This document shows positions 50,101 to 59,775 of a stretch of 64,000 nt of DNA, in pieces. Within the stretch, counting starts at the first letter, position 1. The number at the start of each line of letters is the position of its first letter. Source of the DNA: Candidatus Ozemobacteraceae bacterium (GTDB lineage Bacteria; Muiribacteriota; Ozemobacteria; Ozemobacterales; Ozemobacteraceae); contig OZ223236.1 in NCBI GenBank assembly GCA_965140445.1, positions 4,864,001 through 4,928,000 on the forward strand, in the 5' to 3' direction. A program made the position numbers and the translations under genes. Below the pieces are notes generated by a model that saw only the letters and a program-made list of their open reading frames with translations, searched no databases and was not told the origin of the DNA.

Positions 50101-50749
50101 CGAACACTATCGTGCCGGGAATTGCTTTTTCTGACAAGGAAAATCCATCCATTAAACCCTCTTTACCAGGAGCTGGAACAGTTACTACTTTTACATTTTG
50201 CCCCTTTTCTGCGTCAGCAAAGCTTAAAAATAACAGTATCTGAACTTTATCCGGATCGGTAATTGATGGAATCTTCCAGTTTTTAACGGATTGAGAAGAG
50301 TTAGCAAAGCCATAAGCATTGTTAATGCTTTTATTGTGGTCATAAAGATTCAGCCCAAACTTGTAATTTGTGGTAAAGATAGGACGTTTATTTTTATCAC
50401 GACCAATAAGCTGTGGTTCGCTAGTTGCAAATTGAGGAATCACTGGAATATAAAATATAATATCGGGGTTTGATACAAATCTTGTAGCAGCTATAGCAAA
50501 TGTTGTATTGACTGGTCTTTCCTTCGTTTTAGATAAATCATTTAAATCGACAAGAATATTTTCTGTTCGACCTACTGCTGTAACAGTAAAGGTTAACACC
50601 TCTTCAAGCTCCTGGCGATAGTGTGAAAAACCGGTGATTTTATCTATATCTTCTGCCTGAGCATATCCAGGTAAGGTTCCAATTGAAATGGCAAAAATCA
50701 AAGATAAGCAAAAACGGGAAAACAATTGGTTAAAAATATTCTTATGCAT
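47120..50749 (-). CDS. Large membrane-anchored multidomain protein (~1209 aa), possibly polymorphic-toxin-like
   Basis: Signal peptide (..PGYAQA), TM plus Gly/Ala stretch, acidic linker, beta-rich domains, hydrophobic helices and a Lys-rich C-terminal domain; ATG overlaps the upstream gene end. Confidence 0.7.
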   Translation of the reverse strand: MHKNIFNQLFSRFCLSLIFAISIGTLPGYAQAEDIDKITGFSHYRQELEEVLTFTVTAVGRTENILVDLNDLSKTKERPVNTTFAIAATRFVSNPDIIFYIPVIPQFATSEPQLIGRDKNKRPIFTTNYKFGLNLYDHNKSINNAYGFANSSQSVKNWKIPSITDPDKVQILLFLSFADAEKGQNVKVVTVPAPGKEGLMDGFSLSEKAIPGTIVFGFMFVAIGLAGAATGAGASVTGKATDANSSGENTDNDTAPEQPGRKEDDEKGEEKQDETEDLEATVETDRDFLFAGNHEDMRLSVILSGNNENSGDILNHVTLIAEGAAAEFINIEDSHSSSGFGYKSFNLSFSYKLDSEFYSGDTGLGFPNSVSIKICAPENLKLDRSRVDIALKAPDPEIHLNQKSIVIAEGSSEHPKIKAWVVAVDEGEWEFSVQPVADIESAIADAKCQKVTRRECNIKIKAEKLEEGAGQSVSSELQVFAKNKETGKTAKTTIVVTTAKEGLILVSQTPIRIAADGETESEIAITAVKAFGGKLQTDFDLLSEVFFSTELVTSSQLSAKAFATSRLMFKPESFLKAGDDCWRNLRGFSEDSLSSFVYKVKTSILLPGQGESYYATATLGDRSGTHQLKIPLMLDVDLMQVESRAWEIELERCRKIIARLPDSHRKRMDKFLDQQARFLGAKGLYELRRKTWKMAMALWEAEGLSGYEDVERWAGYIENTLDFAQWSGRMATDFLLTNKLKMGVFAAMAAGEIYDLVLSGIQAYRNDKSFDQWLEESFWKEIKDMFIEMGATALDPDKFVAKFSNNKKVVAIAWSVQFGYHFIANLSVHKLSVIEAAKKAAITVATAAALKFLAAKASAIAKKKGIKPEQLNKIDDNLDDAAEKGWKQAKDKVAGFEDAIKSGDKKAIKQKLLDIQSDKFALKEINKWPKEVRVAYNKELGKIYASIDKRVKKKIIQDLKAKGIHVKSKDLKMTNATNASKKVKAGSDRDISVEYKYTDKFGKTMTVDYPKEKLRDVYGRELYRSVGHKNSKDLLPDELMDKYDQYAIDSKDAEAYGRKKMNYENGKMENRDFNKIMDKSGLPEKLEDGTQIGMTAAYKGKHWFNKAVDSAKSGNLIESESFKMEGMSQLVKQYKNIYKPRRSLLDMMGKKQADDSKMSKLIGLMEKAVNLKKSPSYVEKLVKNSGFSSLNEFADSFGGRISAMNSMID

Positions 50750-51477
50750 CTTTAACCATCCCTTTCTTCTGTCGGAAAAATCCAATTAGTAAAAAGAGGA
50801 ACAAAATAGCGCCAACAATAAGATACGCAGGTGCCTCAGCCTCACCAGCCTTAAAAAGAAATCCTAAAGCAAATCCAGGCGAAGTTCCTCGAATGAACTC
50901 CTCAGCAGGCTTCAACCCACTGTTTAAAACAGTTGATTTATAAAAACGATTCCAGAAAAATTTGGCAAAGTAAGCAAGACCACTGGCTTCTGGAACAGCT
51001 CCAGCAAGAAAAGTTGAGACCATCAAAGTCAGTGTTATAAATGGATTTTCGAACAATCCCCCAGCAAAAACACCAAAAGCAACTCCCCAGGCAAAAGCTG
51101 TAGTAGCTGTATTCCTAAAGATGTTTAAATAGCTGAAAGCACTCTTAATAAATGAAAATACTTTTGCCTATTCCAATAAACCAAACTTTATCCACAAATG
51201 AAATACCAGTTAAAACCACAATTGAACTAAGCAAGCAGCCTTTAATGGTGTTTTGAGGGGATATGACAAAGTCCCGCAATAGATTTATTAACTTATCGTT
51301 TAAAAGATCGTTAGCTTCAAAATAGTTCAAAATCTCTGGAATCAAAAGAACAAAGGCTGTTGCTAGAACAGCCTTTAATGTATTTTTAAAAAAGTTTCTT
51401 AAATAACCCCTCATAAGCTCTGTCAAAAGCTGGGCAAAAGAATTTGGATAACTAACGGTTCTCGAATCTGCTTCCAT
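50742..51477 (-). pseudogene. Multi-TM membrane protein split by a +1 frameshift (~51157)
   Basis: Removing one T from ATTTTC joins ...GIGKSI to SFIKSAFSYLNIFRNTATTAFAWGVAFGVFAGGLFENPF..., giving one ~244-aa ORF. Confidence 0.75.
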
Positions 51478-51581
51478 TCAATAATTTCCCTGTTGTTATA
51501 GTTTTATCTCATTGATATAATCCATTCCAAACAATGAGTAGAAAATTTAACACGTTTTTACCCCCATAAGAAGGCTCTTTA

Positions 51582-52340
51582 ATGATAAAAAACATTGTAA
51601 CTCTCATTTTCTCGGTCATCACAGCTTTATTCTTTACAGCTTTCGTTAGTAATTAAGCGTTTGCGTCTGATGTAAAAGTTTTTCCAGGACAATTTTCAGG
51701 AAACTATGGCTCAGGGCAAACGATTCAGCTTGAGGTTAGAAAAGCTGGAAAATACGAACTTAAAATATTTAACCCCGACCGAAAAATTGGAAAAAACAAT
51801 ATTGTTACAGGTAAACATTTCAAGGACGAGGTTAAAATTGGCATTTTAAATAGCGAGAAAAAGAAAATTGCCACTAACTATTTTGACGGCAACGGAAAAC
51901 TTGATATAAAAGCCTTCTACATGGAAAAAATGCGATTTAGCATCCCTGCAACCGGCACGTATTATCTTGAATTAGTTCCACTATCAGAGAAAGCAAACAA
52001 CAGGAATTTTTTTATCAAAGCCAGATGCACTGGTTCATTAGATCTGAAAATCATGGGTTACGACCTGGAACAGTTCTTATCCCTAATTGGCATAATTGTA
52101 ATTCTAAGCTTTCTTTACGGCTATTATCGGCTGTTTAAGGTTTCGGTAGTTCATTCAAGCCCCGAACAAAAAGCGGTTCTAAGAGCTGCAGGATATAATG
52201 TTCCGGAGGATGCGGAACCTGGTAATAATTCAAACGAGCAATCTTCAGAGAAAGAAAAGGAGCTATTCTGTGCTGAATGCGGCGCTTCAAGAGAAAACGA
52301 AGCCGACTTTTGCGGAAAATGCGGAAACAAATTCTCTTGA
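51582..52340 (+). pseudogene. Exported membrane protein with a C-terminal zinc ribbon, interrupted by an in-frame TAA at 51654-51656
   Basis: ATG at 51582 gives MIKNIVTLIFSVITALFFTAFVSN*AFASDVK..., open and in frame up to ORF 51921-52340; C-terminus FCAECG..FCGKCG. Confidence 0.75.
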
Positions 52341-52360
52341 TTTTTTCTACAAAGTAACGC

Positions 52361-53134
52361 TCAAACTGGTTTAAATGTAATTATCCTACAAAAATACAAT
52401 ACCACCATAAAAATTGCCGATGCGGCAATTAATAAGAAAAAAAAGACTGATATTCTTTTTAAATGCCTTGATAGAAATGTGTTCCCCTTAATAGGAACAG
52501 TTCTAACTACAAATTGGTCATTTATGATTTGAGCAACAACAGTTTTCTCCTGGGAAGACTCTGCCATTGGAATACTTGTAACTTTGGACAAAGATTTTGC
52601 TATAGCTAAGGCAGAGTGATAAGAGCTCTTTCTGTTTGAAAAACTTACCTGATTACCCGAGTTTAAAATCAACGAAACAAAATATTCAGGCCTTAAATCC
52701 CTATCGCCAGAGATATTTTCCATATCAGCTGCCACACCAATGGAATTTACCTCTTCAAATTTGGCCAGAACTTTTTCGCTAGAATTGTCCATAAATTTGT
52801 TCCGTTCCAGGAAATGGCCCGCCTTCAAATCCACAAAAAAATATGAGCTTGAATAATTCCAATAATAAAACAAAACCATTGAAATGCATGCAAAAATCAC
52901 AGAAGCAAAAAACAGCTCTGGCTCCATCCCTTGATCCTGCCCAAAAAAGCACATTAAAGAAGTAACTGCAGAGACAATACCTCCCATGAAATAAGCAGAT
53001 TCCTGGATAGACTCATGATCAACCTTAACCCCGTCTTTACTCTTTTTAACCTCATTAGAAGCATAAACTTTTTGAGGTGGCTTACGACGCTTGCGCTTTT
53101 TTTTCTGCTGCTGCACCGGTTTAGTTTTTTTCAT
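52361..53134 (-). CDS. Hypothetical membrane protein (basic N-terminus, 2 TM, soluble domain, C-terminal TM)
   Basis: Paralog of 53146-53910; shared LA.F..V..I, P.YFV.LIL.SG and Y..AL..A..(L/I)S..TSIP..ES. Confidence 0.8.
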   Translation of the reverse strand: MKKTKPVQQQKKKRKRRKPPQKVYASNEVKKSKDGVKVDHESIQESAYFMGGIVSAVTSLMCFFGQDQGMEPELFFASVIFACISMVLFYYWNYSSSYFFVDLKAGHFLERNKFMDNSSEKVLAKFEEVNSIGVAADMENISGDRDLRPEYFVSLILNSGNQVSFSNRKSSYHSALAIAKSLSKVTSIPMAESSQEKTVVAQIINDQFVVRTVPIKGNTFLSRHLKRISVFFFLLIAASAIFMVVLYFCRIITFKPV

Positions 53135-53145
53135 TATTTAAAGCC

Positions 53146-53910
53146 CTACCAATAATACATGCCACCATATGTCAGGAATTTGCTAATAAAAATAACAGCA
53201 ACAAAAACAGTTATATATACAGTAATAGCGAGAAAATTTAACAGAAATCTTGAACTAACATCAGCAGAAAATTTTGAGGGGTCTAATTTAACACCTTTTA
53301 AGCCTATACGATCATTAGATTTTTCTACAATGATCTCAGTGTCAGGGTCAGATTCTTCTAAGGGAATACTGGTTCTTTCTGAAATCTCTGCTGCACGCTG
53401 CAAAGCTTTATAATAGTTCTTTTCTCTTCCTGCAAACTCTATAAGCTTTCCAGATTTAAGAATTAAAACAACAAAATAATCTGGAGACGGAACCCTTCTT
53501 TGATTAATGGAAAGCGGCAAAGCTGAATTTACAGATATGGCTTCAACATCATCAAAATTGGCTAACCTTCCGTGGCTAACCCGCCCTTTATATTTCTGAA
53601 ATGATGAAAAAATCCTGACCCCCAAATCTACCTGGTGCCATGAATTTGAGTAATGACTTTTATAAGCGTAAAACGCCCCGATCACAGAATAGATAATTGC
53701 AGCAACATCCAGATGTTGATCGCGAGCATCCATTTTTCCGTAATAACAGATTATCGCGCTTACAAATGAACCAATAGCAAAAACCACGTATAAATAATCT
53801 AGATCACTGCGAAAAGGGTATTTTAGAATTTCCCCACTTTCTTCATAGTCATAAAAATCATTCTCTTCAATTATTGATTTTTTTCTTCTCTTTTTTGAGC
53901 TTTTACCCAT
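53146..53910 (-). CDS. Hypothetical membrane protein, tandem paralog
   Basis: Same architecture and motifs as 52361-53134. Confidence 0.8.
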   Translation of the reverse strand: MGKSSKKRRKKSIIEENDFYDYEESGEILKYPFRSDLDYLYVVFAIGSFVSAIICYYGKMDARDQHLDVAAIIYSVIGAFYAYKSHYSNSWHQVDLGVRIFSSFQKYKGRVSHGRLANFDDVEAISVNSALPLSINQRRVPSPDYFVVLILKSGKLIEFAGREKNYYKALQRAAEISERTSIPLEESDPDTEIIVEKSNDRIGLKGVKLDPSKFSADVSSRFLLNFLAITVYITVFVAVIFISKFLTYGGMYYW

Positions 53911-53958
53911 AGTTACACCTGGCAATAATTTTAAACTTCACAAACAAAGAATAATGAT

Positions 53959-55482
53959 TTACTTTCGATCAGTCAAAAGCACATTTCGTTTCTGCAAAAG
54001 AAGCCCACAGGCACGAAGTAACTCCGTGTATGCCTGCTGATGCTGTACAGCAGCGCTAACCTCAGCAATCATTGCTGCTGTCAAATCGCGCTGCGCTTGC
54101 GCAACCTGGAAAGAAGTGGTCTTTCCAACGTTAAACTTAACTTCTTCAACACGTAATTTTTCCTGCTGTTTTTGGGAAGTAGCTTTCGTGGCCTTTATCT
54201 GCTGCAAAGTTCTTTTAACTTCGATGTATGCGCTGAGAACTTCCTGCTTGATAATCTGTTCCAGATTCTTCATCGCTTCGCGGCGCAATTTTACGTTTAG
54301 TTTTGATCGCTGATGCAAAGCTCTGGCTTCTCTTCGACCTCTTGTTAATTCGTAGACAAAACCTGCTGAAACATCGTATGATCCTTTTTCTCCAGGCTTG
54401 GGGTTAGTACCAGAAAAGCTTGTGGAATAACCAGTTTTTCCCATGTTAACGAAAAAATCCAGTTGCGGAAGCAGTCCGTTTTTTGTGCTTACCAATTCAA
54501 GCCTATCTCTCTGGATCATCAAATCTGCCTGAGCAATTTCAGGTCTTTCAACAAGTGCTGATTGAATCAACTTATCCAGACCATCATCCTGTGTTTCAAC
54601 AGCAAACAATTCTTCCGAAATTACTGGTTTTGTTTTCCAGAAATTTTCTGTATCAGGATTAATCAATCTGAGAAACGCTATAGCCGCGATTGAAGATCTG
54701 CTTTCAGCATTAATTAAATCTTCTTTTCGGAGCATAACCTCGGCTTCAGCTGCTGCAGATTCAGATTCCGGGATGCTGCCAGCATCAATTCTTCTACTGG
54801 TTTCCTCTCGCTGTTGCTCAGCCAAAGCGACTGATTCCTGCATAATAGCGAGCTGGCGGGTACTCAGATAATAGTCCCAATATCTTTTTTCAATTTCTGC
54901 GATCAAATTCAGAACAAATCCTTGAAGTTCATATCTTGACCATTTCAGGTCAAGCTCTGCTTTTCGCAAAGAAACAAGATTTACATCTTTTCCTGCTCCT
55001 CGCTTTAAAGGCTGTTCAAGACTAACTCCAAATCTTGTCGAAAAAAGATTATCTGATTTTGCAGATCTTGTTCTAACAGTTGTTAAACCTACAGTTGTCT
55101 TAGTCCCGGACGGGCTCAATCTGGTTAAAGTAACTCCAGCATCTGTTCTATTTGTGATGGTGTCACCCAGGTTTCCCTGTTGGAAAATTACCTTAGCAAT
55201 TCTTTCAGTCCCGGAAAACTCTGCGGCAATAGTTGAATCAAAAGCAGCTCTTTCTTCTTCTGTGTATGTATCGCGGATTAATGGGTTATATTTTTCCACT
55301 TTTAAAGCAATATTCTCTGACAGTGCCATATCTATTGATTTTTGAAGGTCAATTTCAAGAGTTTGGGAACAGGAAGCAAAAATATTCAAACTACTTAACT
55401 CAACCGTTGCGGATGCCTGCGCATTACAGCGGCAGCTAAAGACAGAGACCAATATAGCTAATATAAGTATTTTTTTATTCAT
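53959..55482 (-). CDS. TolC family outer membrane efflux protein
   Basis: Outer-membrane efflux repeats (LEQPLKRG, LLPQLDF, EEVKFNVGKTTSFQVAQAQRDL); directly after the RND gene. Confidence 0.92.
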   Translation of the reverse strand: MNKKILILAILVSVFSCRCNAQASATVELSSLNIFASCSQTLEIDLQKSIDMALSENIALKVEKYNPLIRDTYTEEERAAFDSTIAAEFSGTERIAKVIFQQGNLGDTITNRTDAGVTLTRLSPSGTKTTVGLTTVRTRSAKSDNLFSTRFGVSLEQPLKRGAGKDVNLVSLRKAELDLKWSRYELQGFVLNLIAEIEKRYWDYYLSTRQLAIMQESVALAEQQREETSRRIDAGSIPESESAAAEAEVMLRKEDLINAESRSSIAAIAFLRLINPDTENFWKTKPVISEELFAVETQDDGLDKLIQSALVERPEIAQADLMIQRDRLELVSTKNGLLPQLDFFVNMGKTGYSTSFSGTNPKPGEKGSYDVSAGFVYELTRGRREARALHQRSKLNVKLRREAMKNLEQIIKQEVLSAYIEVKRTLQQIKATKATSQKQQEKLRVEEVKFNVGKTTSFQVAQAQRDLTAAMIAEVSAAVQHQQAYTELLRACGLLLQKRNVLLTDRK

Positions 55483-58400
55483 CGCCGCTTTCCTCGCCTT
55501 TTCTGTATTTTCCAAAAGCCTGCTCAAACTCAACATAGATCATAGGTATTATCACGAGAGAAATAAACGTAGAACAGGCTAATCCACCAATTACAGCTCG
55601 TGCCATAGGAGCCTGAACTTCTCCACCTTCTCCAATTCCAAGAGCAAGTGGAAGTAATCCCAACACTGTTGTCATTGCGGTCATCAAGATTGGACGACAC
55701 CTATCTCTGGCCGCCATCGACACAGCATCAATCAAACTCATATCTCCTTCACGACGCAAATCATTTATGTGATCAACGAGTAAAATTGAGTTATTTACAA
55801 CAATACCCCCCAGCATGATACAACCAATAAATGATTGAACATTCAGGGTGGTTCCAGTCAGGAGCAAAGTTGGAATAACCCCAACAATAGACAAAGGCAC
55901 AGTTATCATAACAATGACCGGATCATAAAGAGATTCATACTGAATTGCCATAACCATGTAAACCAACAGTAATGCCAGAACAAAGCTGAATAGCAACTCT
56001 TTAAAAGACTTTTGCTGTTCTTCATAGTCTCCGGCCATAACTATACTGAAGTTTGCCGGCAACGGAATTTCACGAAGTTTCTGCTGCACTTCATCAATAA
56101 CAAAACCCAAAGCTCGGCCATCAACGTTTGCTGAAATATTTAAGGTTCTTTCCTGATCCGTGCGCTCAACAACTGTAGGACCAATATCTTTTTCGATATG
56201 AGCTACATTTCTGAGCATTACAGGATCACCAGATGAATTTGTAATGTGCAGATTAAGAATATCCTCAAGAGAGCTATATTCAGCATCTTTAGCCTTAACC
56301 AGAATTTTATATTCGTCACCGCCGTCACGTAGATAACCTGCGGTTGATCCCGACAGCACAGTCTCAAGGAAACCAGCAATCTTGCTTACAGAAAGTTTCT
56401 GATCAGCGGCTCTTAATCGGTCGATAACAACTATTCTCTCAGGAACCCCTTCTTTTCTTCCAAGCTGCACATCAGTTACTCCATCAACATTCAGGAGCAA
56501 GCTTTCTACAGCCTTTCCTAGAGCGTCTGAAGTAGCAAGGTCATGCCCACGAATCTGAATTTGTAATTTATCAGCATCACCAGAACCCATTCGTAAAATA
56601 AACAAACCCTGGCCAGCTCTAACACGAACTTTCACCCCTGGCAGTCCTTCAAGTTTTTTCCTGAGAACAGCTGCAATCTCGTCACTGGATCTGGTTCGTT
56701 CAGAATTTGGCACCAATGGAATCCTGATCTGGCCAGAAGTGGCAGAGCTTGATCCCCAGCCACCACCAACGTTAGTAAAGATTGTTGTTCTTTCAGGAAC
56801 ATTGGCTTCAACGATTTTTTCTGCTGCAATGAAGATCTTTTCAGTTATTCCAATTCTTGTGCCTTCTTCCAGCTCGATTGAAACTCTGACCTCTCCCTCA
56901 TCAGCGGTGGGCATCAATTCTGTCCCTACTTTGCTTACAAGACTTACACATGCAGTAACAAGCATTGCCACGATAAACGCGGTAACTTTTCTGTTTTCAA
57001 GGACTAGATGTAAGACAAATTTATGAAGATTAAGCACCTGACCAATCATTGAGTCAGAAATGCGTCTGAAAAATCCAGGTTTCTTAGAAGAATTGTATCT
57101 AAGAAATTGTGATGAAAGCATAGGAACCAGAGTTAAAGAAACCGCCAGAGAACAAAACAATGAGAAGGCAACAATATAGGCCAACTGCTTAAACATGAGA
57201 CCAGTCATTCCCTGAACAAAAATCAGAGGCAGAAAAATAACGACCGTGGTAAGAGTACTGGCGAGAACCGGCATGGCAACTTCGGAACTTCCCTTAACAG
57301 CCGCATCAAACATACTCATTTTTTTCTCTCTGTATCTGAAAATATTTTCCAGAACTACAATAGAGTTATCAACAAGCATACCAATACCTAAAGCTACACC
57401 GCCTAGAGACATGATGTTAAGCGTAAAGTTGAAATAGTACATCAAAGCAAAAGTCGCCACAATTGAGATCGGAATAGCAATCGCAATAATGGACGTACTG
57501 GCGATATTACCAAGAAAGAGTTGCAGGATTATTATCGCAAGCAAACCACCATAGAAAGCCGATGTACTAACGTTTTTGATCGAACGTTCAATATATATGG
57601 AGGTATCAACAATTGGTGAGAGGCTCAGCTGAGGGATGTCCAGGTTGATCTTTTCAATTTCAGCCTTAACCGCCTTTGCGACTTCAACTGTATTGCTACC
57701 CGATTGCTTATTAATCATTACGCGCACACCAGGCTTGCCATCGATACGGATTATACTACGATCCTTTTCCCAGTTGTCCACAACATCAGCTACGTCAGAA
57801 AGGCGAATCTGCTTTCCAGCTTCTTCGCCCACAACAATGGTTTTTATCTGCTCAACGTCTTCAAATTCGCCAGGAGTACGAAGTCGGAATTCATAGTTTC
57901 CAGATTCAATAGTTCCCGCCGGAAGGTTAACATTCGCCGATTTCAGCCTTGCAATTATCTGTTCTGGCGCGATATTAAGCGCTTTAAGCTTTTTAACATT
58001 CAGGTCAACATGAATTTCGCGCTTGCTTCCGCCTCTAACATCTAATGAAGCAACTCCTGGAATTCTTTCTATTCTGTATTTAACCTGATTTTCGATAATA
58101 TTAAGGAGTTGAACCGGATCTAAATCGCCAGCAGCGCCAAGAATTAGAATTGGAAAAGCGGCTGCATCAAATTTGCGAAGCATGGGTCTTTCCATATCAT
58201 CCGGCAAGCGAGCACTTATGCGGTCAATTCGATCTCTAATGTCATTTGATGCGGCATCAAGATCTGTTCCCCAGGCAAAGGAAACCCTGACTCTGCTGCT
58301 CCCTTCCGTAGAATTTGAAGTGATTTCTTCAACTCCAGGAACAGCTGAAATAGCCTGCTCAATAGGTCTTGTGATTAACGTTTCAACCTCAATTGGACTT

Positions 58401-58561
58401 GCGTTTGAATAGGAGGCGGAAATTGTAATTCGTGGATATGTAATATCAGGCATAAGATCAATTGGCAGGTGGAATAAGGAAACCACCCCAAAGATCAAAA
58501 CAATGCACATGATCATTGTTATGCCGATAGGTCGTTTAACTGAATATTCGGCGAGTATCAT
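55475..58561 (-). CDS. RND efflux permease (AcrB/AcrD/AcrF family)
   Basis: Motifs LPIDLMPDI, GMLVDNSIVVLENI, GIVVNNSILLVD and RPILMTAMTT. Confidence 0.97.
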   Translation of the reverse strand: MILAEYSVKRPIGITMIMCIVLIFGVVSLFHLPIDLMPDITYPRITISASYSNASPIEVETLITRPIEQAISAVPGVEEITSNSTEGSSRVRVSFAWGTDLDAASNDIRDRIDRISARLPDDMERPMLRKFDAAAFPILILGAAGDLDPVQLLNIIENQVKYRIERIPGVASLDVRGGSKREIHVDLNVKKLKALNIAPEQIIARLKSANVNLPAGTIESGNYEFRLRTPGEFEDVEQIKTIVVGEEAGKQIRLSDVADVVDNWEKDRSIIRIDGKPGVRVMINKQSGSNTVEVAKAVKAEIEKINLDIPQLSLSPIVDTSIYIERSIKNVSTSAFYGGLLAIIILQLFLGNIASTSIIAIAIPISIVATFALMYYFNFTLNIMSLGGVALGIGMLVDNSIVVLENIFRYREKKMSMFDAAVKGSSEVAMPVLASTLTTVVIFLPLIFVQGMTGLMFKQLAYIVAFSLFCSLAVSLTLVPMLSSQFLRYNSSKKPGFFRRISDSMIGQVLNLHKFVLHLVLENRKVTAFIVAMLVTACVSLVSKVGTELMPTADEGEVRVSIELEEGTRIGITEKIFIAAEKIVEANVPERTTIFTNVGGGWGSSSATSGQIRIPLVPNSERTRSSDEIAAVLRKKLEGLPGVKVRVRAGQGLFILRMGSGDADKLQIQIRGHDLATSDALGKAVESLLLNVDGVTDVQLGRKEGVPERIVVIDRLRAADQKLSVSKIAGFLETVLSGSTAGYLRDGGDEYKILVKAKDAEYSSLEDILNLHITNSSGDPVMLRNVAHIEKDIGPTVVERTDQERTLNISANVDGRALGFVIDEVQQKLREIPLPANFSIVMAGDYEEQQKSFKELLFSFVLALLLVYMVMAIQYESLYDPVIVMITVPLSIVGVIPTLLLTGTTLNVQSFIGCIMLGGIVVNNSILLVDHINDLRREGDMSLIDAVSMAARDRCRPILMTAMTTVLGLLPLALGIGEGGEVQAPMARAVIGGLACSTFISLVIIPMIYVEFEQAFGKYRKGEESGDE

Positions 58562-58563
58562 TG

Positions 58564-59775
58564 CTATTTACCGGCCTTTCCAGAATTGTGTTGTCCGTTA
58601 GTAGAATTTTCTTCCAGATTCGCAACCTTTAGAGCAGCCCCATCTTCCAGTAGATGGTGTCCAAGAGTTACAACTTCTCCTGATATGGTTGGGGAGGCAA
58701 TCTCAACATTTTCTGCATCAGAGAACCCCATTTTTACAGGAACAAAACTCGCAGTCATATTTGCCGGGTTAACAACAAAAATCCCATTTTTATTCTGCCT
58801 TCTGACAATTGACGAAGCAGGAACAATAGTCACAGAATTATGCACTTCAAAAATAATCTTAGCGGTTACAAACATCCCGGGTTTTAAATCAAATTCGGAA
58901 TTAGAAATCTCCAACTCTACTCTTGCAAGCCTTGAAGTGCTATCTAATGAAGGAGCGATTCTGGTAACTTTAGCTGAAAATAGACAATCGGGAATCGCTG
59001 CCGCTTCTACAACGGCAGTTTGACCAACCTTAATCTTGAAATACTCTTTTTCAACAACATCCAAAACCGCCGTTAGAGTTGCAATATCAATTACGGTCAA
59101 AATTGGATTGTTTGGACCAGTTGTAGCCCCTTCATCCAGGAAACGTTCGGAAACAAAACGTTGATTAGAACCGCCAGACCATGAAACATCAACTTTTGCG
59201 TAGGACAACTTAACTTTTGTGGTATCAAGAGCGGCCTGCTTATTGCTCAATTGTGCTTTGCTGACTTGATGTTTTGCCAGGCTGGTTTTAAATGCCGCCT
59301 GTGCTTTCTCCAGATCTACATCTGATGAAACCTTCTGCTTACGCATTGTCTCAGTTCTTTGCAATTCCTTTTTAGCAATTTCAAGAAGTCCAGCGGTCTC
59401 GTTATAATTTGCTTTAACGATCTCAAGCTCGGCTTCTGCCTGCTTTGAAGCCAATACAAGCTCTTCATCGTCTAACTCCGCTACAATCTGGCCATTAGAG
59501 ATCTTGTCGCCAATATCTACCATAAGCTTTCTAATACGCCCTGAAATTCTAGGAACAACTGAAAACTTGGAGCTAGCCAGCAAAGTCCCTGAAAATAACC
59601 CTTGGTCAATTAATTTATCTTTAATAATTTTTTTGACCTCAACAGCAACGGCAGCCTTTTTCCCTCTGGCTTTTCCGCCTTTTTTTCCTTGCTTATCAGG
59701 GTTTTCTTTAAAAAAGCTAAAAACACCTAAAACTATTACTACACCTGCTACTACTGCGAATATTAACTTTTTCAT
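58564..59775 (-). CDS. RND efflux periplasmic adaptor (MFP)
   Basis: Motifs SGRIRKLMVDIGD, coiled-coil hairpin, LKPGMFV and VPASSIV. Confidence 0.95.
   Translation of the reverse strand: MKKLIFAVVAGVVIVLGVFSFFKENPDKQGKKGGKARGKKAAVAVEVKKIIKDKLIDQGLFSGTLLASSKFSVVPRISGRIRKLMVDIGDKISNGQIVAELDDEELVLASKQAEAELEIVKANYNETAGLLEIAKKELQRTETMRKQKVSSDVDLEKAQAAFKTSLAKHQVSKAQLSNKQAALDTTKVKLSYAKVDVSWSGGSNQRFVSERFLDEGATTGPNNPILTVIDIATLTAVLDVVEKEYFKIKVGQTAVVEAAAIPDCLFSAKVTRIAPSLDSTSRLARVELEISNSEFDLKPGMFVTAKIIFEVHNSVTIVPASSIVRRQNKNGIFVVNPANMTASFVPVKMGFSDAENVEIASPTISGEVVTLGHHLLEDGAALKVANLEENSTNGQHNSGKAGK

Noticed and set aside
41254..51656. TAA stop-codon reassignment suggested by two in-frame TAAs
   Set aside because: TAA ends many genes in the window, several directly before terminators; nonsense mutation or sequencing error is simpler.
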